Positions 29,802 through 38,348 of a stretch of DNA of 64,000 bases are shown here, piece after piece (position 1 is the stretch's first letter; each line of letters starts with the position of its first letter). The translations under genes and the position numbers were made by a program. Source of the DNA: Candidatus Heimdallarchaeota archaeon (GTDB taxonomy: Archaea; Asgardarchaeota; Heimdallarchaeia; Hodarchaeales; Hodarchaeaceae); assembly GCA_020353515.1 (NCBI GenBank), contig CP070695.1, positions 4,439,248 through 4,503,247 on the forward strand, given 5' to 3'. Under the pieces are notes generated by a model that made no database searches, was not told the origin of the DNA, and saw only the letters and a program-made list of their open reading frames with translations.

Positions 29802-30917
29802 ATGAAAACAGCTCTTAGTCAATCCCCTTTCATAGATATAAAGAGAAATTATCTTGTTTTTATGGAACAGACATTAACTTGGTTTGATCCAAATCTAGTA
29901 AGGATTCTATTTACTTTACTCATGGAAGGGGAAGCTCTTGATCAAGATCAAATAATTGAGTTAACTGAGCTAAATAGGGCGTCTGTTTCAGCAACGCTTT
30001 CAAGATTAACAGATTCGACTAGTAAATTCTTAGTCCTTCAAACTCGGAAAAAAGGGCAACGTAAAAAGTATCAGTGTCCTCAAAAGCTGGCAGTATATTT
30101 TCGAACTCTTTTAATAGAAGGTTTAGAAGTGACTAAATTCAGTTTGGAACAAGTTCCTCTATTGATTCACAGATTAGACTCACTATCTTCTCAAAGTTCT
30201 GAAATTTTACGTTTAAGAAGATTTCTCAATGAATATTGGGAGCTATCTAATTATTTTCATTTCACCGTAACATATTTCCAAAATAATTTGGAAAAGTTTG
30301 TTAAGAATCCTGATTCAATTTCTCAATTAATTGGCAATCTTTCACTAAATGAAACTAAAGTTTTTAACTTTCCTGGTCCTAAATATAATTTAATAAGCGG
30401 GGATAGTCTTGAAAGAATCAAAAAGGATTTTCTTGAAGATCAAGCTGCAAGTCAATCCTCAAGTGTTGGTAAGAAGAAAGAACTTGTAATGATAGGTTTA
30501 TTATTTTTTGTGGAAGAAAAACCACTCACACAAGATTATATAATTAGAATCACTGGTTATAGTCGTTCAACTGTTTCAGTGACGCTAAAAACACTCATTC
30601 GACTTAATATCCTTCAGGTAATTAAAAAGCGTAAAGATAGAAGAAAATTTTACCAATTAAAATATACTTTGACTGAAAACTTGTTCAACACTGTTAAACA
30701 GTTCCGGTATATATTTTCCAATGCTAAAGAAATCATCCAAGTTCAATTTCAATCATATCTCGAAAAATTTGAAGAGAATGGAGAAAAAGAAAAGTTATCA
30801 ACATTTTTAGAGGAAAATATCCGTTTTTTTGAGTTATTTGAAGATTATACTAATGCTTGTACCTATATATTAGAGGAATTTTTATCAAAACATGAACCCT
30901 CAAACTTAGATCTATAG
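29802..30917 (+). CDS. Tandem GbsR/MarR-like double wHTH regulator
   Basis: Two units LDQDQIIELTELNRASVSATL...KGQRKKY and LTQDYIIRITGYSRSTVSVTL...KDRRKFY; divergent from ABC operon. Confidence 0.8.
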   Translation: MKTALSQSPFIDIKRNYLVFMEQTLTWFDPNLVRILFTLLMEGEALDQDQIIELTELNRASVSATLSRLTDSTSKFLVLQTRKKGQRKKYQCPQKLAVYFRTLLIEGLEVTKFSLEQVPLLIHRLDSLSSQSSEILRLRRFLNEYWELSNYFHFTVTYFQNNLEKFVKNPDSISQLIGNLSLNETKVFNFPGPKYNLISGDSLERIKKDFLEDQAASQSSSVGKKKELVMIGLLFFVEEKPLTQDYIIRITGYSRSTVSVTLKTLIRLNILQVIKKRKDRRKFYQLKYTLTENLFNTVKQFRYIFSNAKEIIQVQFQSYLEKFEENGEKEKLSTFLEENIRFFELFEDYTNACTYILEEFLSKHEPSNLDL

Positions 30918-31117
30918 CCAGTCATTTAGTTTCACTCTGTAGTAAAAGTAAACCCGCACTTAATATTTAACTATGCCCAAGGTTTATTATGTGAGGAAAC
31001 TGGAGTACTTGAGAAATAAAGATAAGATTCATTTAATCATCCAGAATTCATATATTCACATTGTAATCAAAACCTATCTGGTTTATATAACATTCCTAAA
31101 ATCGTGAGAGTGAATAT

Positions 31118-31675
31118 ATGAGTATTTTAACATCATTCTTTGAAAAATATAAATTTGAACAGTATCTATTAGGATTTCTAAGAATTGCTTACGGTTTTGA
31201 ATTTCTTTGGGCATTTTTAGACAAACTACTAGGACTGGGAATAAACACTACTCCAGAAAATTCATTTTTAGCTGGTGGTAGTCCAACTGAGGGTTATTTA
31301 CTATATGCATCAAATCCTAATAGTCCTTTTTCAGCGATTTTTAATGGTCCAGATGCATTGTTACTGCAGCTTGGGATCTTAGTTGATTTAGCTTACATGG
31401 CGATGCTTTTAGTTGGAGGAATAACTTTAATCACTGGTATTGGAGTTCGTATAGGTGGTTTTTCAACAGCAATTTTCTTCTTTTCGGTTTGGCTTTCTTC
31501 TATTCCCCCTGAATTTAACCCGATTCTTGAAGAACATTTCCTTCAAATGTGGATTTTGATTTTCTTTGCCATTTCAAGCTCTGGTTACTGGCTAGGACTT
31601 GGAGAACGTTGGCATCGTTTCTTAGAATTGAATCTGAGTAAGAAATTAGGAAGATTAACTTGGATTTTACACTAA
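31118..31675 (+). CDS. DoxX/DoxD family membrane protein
   Basis: LRIAYGFEFLWAFLDKLLG, GGSPTEGYL, NPILEEH, LGLG..W. Confidence 0.85.
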   Translation: MSILTSFFEKYKFEQYLLGFLRIAYGFEFLWAFLDKLLGLGINTTPENSFLAGGSPTEGYLLYASNPNSPFSAIFNGPDALLLQLGILVDLAYMAMLLVGGITLITGIGVRIGGFSTAIFFFSVWLSSIPPEFNPILEEHFLQMWILIFFAISSSGYWLGLGERWHRFLELNLSKKLGRLTWILH

Positions 31676-31881
31676 CTAAAATCGTTTTTTTTTCTAAAAT
31701 GAGATTAATTATTTTCTTAGAAAATCTGCTATGACATTTTTGGATTAATTATTGGAATACTACTACGTTTAGGGTTATTACGTCCAAGTTATGATTATCT
31801 CATATGTTTTTATCAAAACATGATTGTCTATTTAGAGTTGAAACATAGATATTTCTCACCCCCTCTCTTTTTTTTGATTAA

Positions 31882-32460
31882 TCACCATATTTTGGGAATT
31901 AAGCGATAAGGGACTTTTTTCATATATTCATTATAGTTTAAAAGATCCTTCAACAACATTTCTTCTTCTTTACGGATCCGAAAGACTAACAAAAAGGGTA
32001 TTGGTACCGCCAAGAATATGGATACTAACGAACCAAGTGTAATTGGCGTACTAAAAGCCAGAAGTATAAAACTCACGTACATTGGATGTCGTATGATTCC
32101 ATATGGTCCAATCGTAATTAATAAGTGATTTTCATGTATTATTAGACCCTTTGAAGAGTAAGAATTCGCTCTCATGACCCAGAAATTAATAATGTATGTG
32201 AGTGCAAGCCCTAAAAACCCGATTATCCTAATTAAACTCTTTAATTGTGTCCATTGGAATTTATAATCAAATCCTGGCAGAATTATCAATTGAAAAAATA
32301 AAAGACCGAAAATAACTAGGAAAATATTGTCAGCTTTGCTAGTAGACAGTTTTTTACGTTTTCTCAGCGTCGATAGATCCTTGATAATGAAGTAAATAGT
32401 CATAGTGATGTAGCATTGCTCATTTTCGATTTGAATAAGTTGGTTTGGATACTCTCTCAC
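31882..32460 (-). CDS. Isoprenylcysteine carboxylmethyltransferase/PEMT family protein (N-terminus uncertain, possibly truncated)
   Basis: LITIGPYGIIRHPMY, RIRKEEEML, Y.EYMKKVPYRLIPKIW. Confidence 0.82.
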   Translation of the reverse strand: MREYPNQLIQIENEQCYITMTIYFIIKDLSTLRKRKKLSTSKADNIFLVIFGLLFFQLIILPGFDYKFQWTQLKSLIRIIGFLGLALTYIINFWVMRANSYSSKGLIIHENHLLITIGPYGIIRHPMYVSFILLAFSTPITLGSLVSIFLAVPIPFLLVFRIRKEEEMLLKDLLNYNEYMKKVPYRLIPKIW

Positions 32461-32640
32461 TTTCGTTTTATTTTATGATTTTTGACTAAACGTATTAGGA
32501 GAGAACAAAAAAAGAATTATATTCAAAAAAGGGTTTTAAGAGGCTCAATTTTTTTTAGATAACAATTAGATGATGAGGTCAATTGTCATTCATCAAGTAG
32601 ATTTAAGAAGCAAAAAGGAAGTAGGTTTTCCCAATGTTGG

Positions 32641-34206
32641 TTGAGGAATATGTCAAGGTCAATTGAATTTGAAAGGTCGGAAACACTTTATCTTTTCTTT
32701 TCTTATGATCAAGAGGATTTAATTCAAGAATTTGGGAGGATTGGACTTACTCCGAAGACATATGAGGATACTCCTGTTACTAGGACTTTATACTTAGGAG
32801 CCACTGTTGGTATGAGGCCTGGGGTATCTATTAAGGTCAGATCATATTCTCCAGATTGGGCAAAAAACGTTTATCATATAACTCCTGATTCAGAATTCGA
32901 TTTATTAGAGATTAAATTAACCACTGGGCAAGCGACTATTTCTAGCAGTTTAATAGATTCTCAAGATGAAAGCAGTGATCTTGTTTTCTCCTTTCAGCGT
33001 TCTCTAGATGACGCTTTACTTAAAAGACGACCCCGTCTGAAAAGAAAGTCTCGCTTAATGAAAGCCAAAAACCCTAACTTTCCTTTTGAAGGGAAAAATT
33101 CGAATAAAATAACATTCAAGCAAGTAATTCAAGTTTTAACAAGTTCTAGTGAGCTAGATGAATTTTTAAATCCAAAGCTGCTCAATAATCTTAATGGTAA
33201 GGTTAGACCATTATATGGTAAAACGATCCTTCCATTCATAGTTACGCAGTATGGTCGAATTCATTTTGTCCCACAAGAAGATGCTGGAGAATGGAAGGAT
33301 GTAGTTAGAGTAACGATTGATCCAGGTGTTGAATTTTACAATTTAATTCAGAAAGATCCTGAAACTTTTGTAGATAAACCAGAGATGATCGCAGAGTTTT
33401 TGATGAAAGAGAAACATTCCCGTTTAGAATTAAAAATAGATCCAACAGCTTTAGAACAGTATCCTAAATTTAAAAATGATTTAAAAGCAATCTTTAAAAA
33501 ATATGGAGTAATGAACAGTATCTCAAAGAAATGGACTGGTTTAAATGCAACTACAGATCATTATATAGCCCAACAAAATCTTTGGTGTGAAAGAGAGAAT
33601 AGATATTGTACTTTCCCTGTTCATCGATCATGGTACCGTTTTGGTAGTCCAAGACTAATCTTTTCTAAGCTAGTAAACCCCTCTGAGAACTTCGTACCAT
33701 ATGCAAATGATCTCAAAGTCCTGATAAAAAATGTTCACAGCGTTGATGCAGTTACCCATGCGGATCAAGAATTCCATGTTTCTTTACAGGCATCTCGGCT
33801 TATTTTTAATTTACCTCCAGAAATTCAACCTTATGAAGATAATAACTCTAAATTAAATGTCATTCGAGAAAAGAAATCTATTCGAGATATACAACTCTAT
33901 TCAAAAAAGCAACTAGAGAAATTAACAGAAGAATTCCCAATGGATATTATAGGACATTCATATTACCGCAGTTTTGGAGGTCTGATTTGTTCTGAAAACA
34001 CCAATCGGATATATAAATTCTCGATCGAAAGGAAACGCACAATGATTGATCGACAATTGAAAGCAAAATTTTATTGTAAGTTACGATATTTAGGCTCCAA
34101 ATTCAGATTGCTTCAAGATGATGAAGAGGAGATTGTCTCTGATTTTAAGACTTTTTACGATAAATTCAACGATCATTTCTCCCGGCCAATTGAGCTCTAT
34201 CTATAA
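32641..34206 (+). CDS. VTC-like triphosphate tunnel metalloenzyme (TTM) domain plus a second, degenerate CYTH-like domain
   Basis: Ordered motifs ERSE..Y, TRTLYL, KVRSY, LEIK, KSR, P..VTQYGR, RVTID, LELK, ISKK match the VTC motif order; likely start ATG 32650. Confidence 0.68.
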   Translation: MRNMSRSIEFERSETLYLFFSYDQEDLIQEFGRIGLTPKTYEDTPVTRTLYLGATVGMRPGVSIKVRSYSPDWAKNVYHITPDSEFDLLEIKLTTGQATISSSLIDSQDESSDLVFSFQRSLDDALLKRRPRLKRKSRLMKAKNPNFPFEGKNSNKITFKQVIQVLTSSSELDEFLNPKLLNNLNGKVRPLYGKTILPFIVTQYGRIHFVPQEDAGEWKDVVRVTIDPGVEFYNLIQKDPETFVDKPEMIAEFLMKEKHSRLELKIDPTALEQYPKFKNDLKAIFKKYGVMNSISKKWTGLNATTDHYIAQQNLWCERENRYCTFPVHRSWYRFGSPRLIFSKLVNPSENFVPYANDLKVLIKNVHSVDAVTHADQEFHVSLQASRLIFNLPPEIQPYEDNNSKLNVIREKKSIRDIQLYSKKQLEKLTEEFPMDIIGHSYYRSFGGLICSENTNRIYKFSIERKRTMIDRQLKAKFYCKLRYLGSKFRLLQDDEEEIVSDFKTFYDKFNDHFSRPIELYL

Positions 34207-34267
34207 TTTTCTCGCACTTTACTAAATTCAAACATAACCAGTGATTTAAAGACTAAGTGGATCTTCA

Positions 34268-34924
34268 ATGTGGGAATGGCGTTTTTTTTGTGACTTAGCG
34301 AGTGCCTCTTATTTTTTTACTAATCAAACAGATTTGGAATCAGCAATTAACTCAGAAGATCATGAGATACGTTTTGATAGGTATGTGAATCTGCGTACTC
34401 CAGAATTAGGTTTAAAATTTCGAAACATTAGAAATAATGTTAGAAAAGCATTACTTGAGCTAAAAGTCTTGTTTCAGACAAACCAATGGAAAGCGGAATT
34501 TTGGGAAAAACCAATAAGAAGATACACATTTACTCATCCAGGTAGAGAAGTAATCCCAACTATTCTCCATGAAGAATCAAACAAACTTTACCCAGAATTA
34601 TCAAAAAAAATCAATTGGATTCTTGACCATATTTCAAGTAAGGAGTTAGAATTCACTACTATTAAGAAAAAACGCAAAATACTTCATCTATATGATCCTA
34701 ACAAAGTTGTTAAGTCTAAATTTCAGATCCCCAAAGCGTCCACAAGAATTGAACAAACAGTGGTCGAATTTAATCAAACAACATGGAAGACGATCTCAAT
34801 ACAATCTTATAATGATCAAACAATCAAAGGAATCCTTGATAACCTTGCGATAGATGAGCGATACATTATTTCAGGTTATCCAGGTTTTTTAATAGGACAA
34901 TCCACAACTAATAATAATCTTTAA
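34268..34924 (+). CDS. CYTH-like (TTM superfamily) protein
   Basis: WEWRFF, DRYV, GLKFR, LELK, E.W.K, IKKKR, EQT, W.TISI, GYP.FL. Confidence 0.7.
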   Translation: MWEWRFFCDLASASYFFTNQTDLESAINSEDHEIRFDRYVNLRTPELGLKFRNIRNNVRKALLELKVLFQTNQWKAEFWEKPIRRYTFTHPGREVIPTILHEESNKLYPELSKKINWILDHISSKELEFTTIKKKRKILHLYDPNKVVKSKFQIPKASTRIEQTVVEFNQTTWKTISIQSYNDQTIKGILDNLAIDERYIISGYPGFLIGQSTTNNNL

Positions 34925-36146
34925 CTTCGATAACCGATGGATCAATCTTCAAATCTTGGATTAACGTCCTTTGCTTTGTATCTATTTCAATTCGTTCTAA
35001 GCTTGGTAATTCTGATAATTCTTCTGGAATTTCTTTAAGTGGATTATGCCGTAATCCTAAGACACGCAATTTTTGACATTTGTGAATATTTTCTGGTAAT
35101 TGGGTGATGTTGTTTGAGTTTAAGTATAGAAATTCAAGGTTCTCTAACTTATTAACATCAAAGGAAAAATCTTCTATTTCATTGTGTGAAATCCAAGCTT
35201 CACGTAAATTGGTCATATTTTCCAAACTCGGTAAAATTTTTATGTCATTGTGGCTTAAATCGAGTTTTTCTAATTTTATTAACTTTGAAAATGATTCTGG
35301 AATTTCTGTTAAGAAGTTATTATAACCTCCAAAATCTTTAAGAGATAAAATATCACCTATTCCATCTGGTAACTCTCTTAACCTGTTACACTCTAATTCC
35401 AGACGTCTTAAAACCTTAAATTCTCCAATATTATCTGGTAATGTTTCCAAGTAATTATCTCGGATATCTAATCTTTCTAACTTTTCAATCTTAACTATAG
35501 ATCTGGGAAGTTCAGCTATTCTATTCTTTTGTATGTTTAAATAATTTAATCTAGGAAACCGTGTCATATCTTCAAAAAGACGCGAGAATCTATTTGTGCG
35601 CAGAATCAGTTTTTCTAAGCCCACAAGTCCACTAAGATTTTCTGGTACTTCTGTCAAAAAATTTCGTCGAACATCAAAAATTTCCAGTTTGGTTAAACGA
35701 TTAAGATTTTCAGGTAATCTTGTCAATTGATTTCTGCCTACTGCTAGTTTCATTAAATTCGTGCAATTGCATATACTCTCTGGAAGAATTGACAGGTTAT
35801 TCCTTCGAATTTCTAGGTGTTCTAACTTTTCCAAATTACCAATTGATTCTGGTAATTCAATAAGCTGATTACGATTAAGATCAAGCCGAGTTAGAGTGCG
35901 AAGATCTCCTATATTATCAGGTAGTGTTTCTAATTTGTTCTCTCTTAGATTTAAGCGTTCCAAATGCTTAAGTTCAGAAATTGATTCAGGGATTTGAGTC
36001 AGTCCAAGACTCCTCAAATTTAGCAATACAATCTTATCCTTATCGAAAACTGTATTACCTCTACTTAACAGTTGATTAACTGAATACTCACGAAATTCAA
36101 AATGAAACTCATCAATTATTTGATTCAAAACTTCCAGTTCACTCAT
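34908..36146 (-). CDS. Leucine-rich repeat protein (~15 repeats of 23 aa)
   Basis: LxxLxLxxNxLxxLPxxIxxL repeats; no other domain. Confidence 0.95.
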   Translation of the reverse strand: MSELEVLNQIIDEFHFEFREYSVNQLLSRGNTVFDKDKIVLLNLRSLGLTQIPESISELKHLERLNLRENKLETLPDNIGDLRTLTRLDLNRNQLIELPESIGNLEKLEHLEIRRNNLSILPESICNCTNLMKLAVGRNQLTRLPENLNRLTKLEIFDVRRNFLTEVPENLSGLVGLEKLILRTNRFSRLFEDMTRFPRLNYLNIQKNRIAELPRSIVKIEKLERLDIRDNYLETLPDNIGEFKVLRRLELECNRLRELPDGIGDILSLKDFGGYNNFLTEIPESFSKLIKLEKLDLSHNDIKILPSLENMTNLREAWISHNEIEDFSFDVNKLENLEFLYLNSNNITQLPENIHKCQKLRVLGLRHNPLKEIPEELSELPSLERIEIDTKQRTLIQDLKIDPSVIEVKDYY

Positions 36147-37473
36147 AGACCCTCACTCCTTTGGCTTTTAAGTCACTTATTATCGGCATGGATTGGTCAG
36201 ATAAGGGATTATTCTTGACGTTGATCATCTTGAGGTTGGGTAAATCAAGTAACGATTTGGGAAGATCTCTGAAATTATTGTTATCTAAGGCTAGACCTTC
36301 AAGTTTTGTCAATTTGTCTATATCAGAGGGAAGATCGGATATTTGATTATTGGAAACCCAGATCTCTCTTAATATTGGTAGATCACATACAGCTGGTGGA
36401 ATGTCCTTAAGTTGATTTTTCGAAAGAAATAGGAATTCTAGGTTTCGTAAATTCTTAATATGATCTGGAACATCCGTTAATTGATTGTTATTATAATTTA
36501 ATTCTTTTAAGTTATCAATTGATGTAATTGATGGAGAGATCTCCGTGATTTCATTCTCTTCTAGGGTTAAAATTCGTAACAGCTTTAAATTCTTCAACGA
36601 ATCGGGAAGATCTTTTAGCTTATTATCTGAAAAGCTTAATTCAGTTAGTAGCTTTAGTTCCCCCACTCCTTCAGATATTGAGGTAAGATGATTCGCAATG
36701 AAGTCTAATCTTGACATGTTTTTTAATTGCCAAAGACTCTCAGGTAGAGAAGTTAACTGGTTTGACCTAAAATCTATCCTATTCAAATTTATTAAATTCC
36801 CTAGTGCGTCAGGTAATTCTATTAATTGGTTCTTTTGTAAATTAAAAGTAACTAATCCTTGAAGATTTTCAATTTCATCAGGGATTTTGGAAATGTGATT
36901 ATTCCCTAAATCTAATTCTATAAGATTGACTAATTTTGTTACTGACAGTGGTATCGTGGAAAGACCCATGTTACGTAAACTGAGTAATTCCAAACGGTCT
37001 AACCTATCAATATCCTCGGGAAAGGATTCTATGGATAAATAATTATTGTTTAACAAAAGCTGTCTGAGATTAGAGATCGGTAAGATTTCTTTTGGAAAAG
37101 AAGTAAATAAACATTCACGTAAATCTAATCGCCGTAGCCTTTGAAGTTTGGCAATTTCTTTGGGTAATGATTTTATTGGATTCCAACGTAAATCCAAGCG
37201 TTTTAAATTGATTAGCTTTGTAGTACCAAGAGGTAGGGATTTAAGGTCATTGGTACGTAAATCTAATCTATTTAATTGTTTAAATAACCCAATTTCATAT
37301 CCTAGTTCCTTGATATGTAACTCCCTGAGATCTAATTTTTTGAAAAAATCAATAACATATACTGTTCTTCGCCGATTTAATATTTCATCAATTTGAATAT
37401 CCCCTGGAAGCTTTTGAAGTAAGTTTTTGAGATTTTCAAGTTCAAAGCTTTCAGTCATTAATGTTTCCATCAC
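36139..37473 (-). CDS. Leucine-rich repeat protein (~17 repeats)
   Basis: Same repeat class; stop overlaps next start (ATGAGTGA). Confidence 0.95.
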   Translation of the reverse strand: MMETLMTESFELENLKNLLQKLPGDIQIDEILNRRRTVYVIDFFKKLDLRELHIKELGYEIGLFKQLNRLDLRTNDLKSLPLGTTKLINLKRLDLRWNPIKSLPKEIAKLQRLRRLDLRECLFTSFPKEILPISNLRQLLLNNNYLSIESFPEDIDRLDRLELLSLRNMGLSTIPLSVTKLVNLIELDLGNNHISKIPDEIENLQGLVTFNLQKNQLIELPDALGNLINLNRIDFRSNQLTSLPESLWQLKNMSRLDFIANHLTSISEGVGELKLLTELSFSDNKLKDLPDSLKNLKLLRILTLEENEITEISPSITSIDNLKELNYNNNQLTDVPDHIKNLRNLEFLFLSKNQLKDIPPAVCDLPILREIWVSNNQISDLPSDIDKLTKLEGLALDNNNFRDLPKSLLDLPNLKMINVKNNPLSDQSMPIISDLKAKGVRVYE

Positions 37474-37571
37474 TTTAAGTCAACCTTTCTTAAGAAATGA
37501 CAAATTAGATCAAATATCTACAGTCTAAAAAACATTTTTACTTATTTACACTAATAAACTAATTAATCTTT

Positions 37572-37955
37572 TTAACAAGTAGTGTGAAAAACACCTACTA
37601 CTCTTTCGCCCTGCTCCAAAAGTTCATTTGTTTTAGCGAGAACCAAGGGTGTACGGTCTCGTATCAGTACAACATTCTCTTCTTTCAGTTTCGATGTTAA
37701 CCAGCTTTCCGATTCTTGGGTTAATGGTAAAATGCCAGTTTGGCCTGTTCCAATAACCAAGTAGCTGGGCTTGTTCTGAAATAGCCTTTGGAGTTCCCAT
37801 AAAGAAAGTTCCTTGTGCCCCCTTATTCGCTTTGAATGAGATTTATTCCGCTTAACGATTCCCTGGTCAGGTAAAAGATAGACATCATGAGGATACTCTT
37901 GATTGGATATTGTTATGGCCCCAAATCGGGTTGATTCAAAGTTTATTCTTTTCAT
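37572..37955 (-). CDS. Mth938-like (DUF498) protein
   Basis: FGAITI....YPHDV, LVIGTGQTG.L, T..., VFHTTC. Confidence 0.88.
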   Translation of the reverse strand: MKRINFESTRFGAITISNQEYPHDVYLLPDQGIVKRNKSHSKRIRGHKELSLWELQRLFQNKPSYLVIGTGQTGILPLTQESESWLTSKLKEENVVLIRDRTPLVLAKTNELLEQGERVVGVFHTTC

Positions 37956-38348
37956 ACCTTAACCCAAAAATTACATCTTTAATAAACTTGTTTCAGTTTT
38001 TCTCAAGAATAATTTTTCTGTAAGTGAATAGATTGATGCTAAATAAATAAAAAATACAATAAAACCCTCCCTAGGCAGATTTGGCGTTCCTCTAATTATT
38101 ATCAGAGGTTGCAGATACTTGAAAAATTGGATAATCAAGAAGAACACTAAACTGAGTGAAATGGAAGAGATTTTTTTTATAAATGATTTTGTTATGACAA
38201 ATTTCAGATAAATTAGCTTATCAGCTTTTTCTTTAAACTTTGGAGTTTTATCATTTAACGCGCCAATTTAGAGACTCTTTTATTTTCAAATGAATAAAGG
38301 TTGCTGGAAATCCTCTAATATCACTCAATATTAAAAGATTGGATTATC

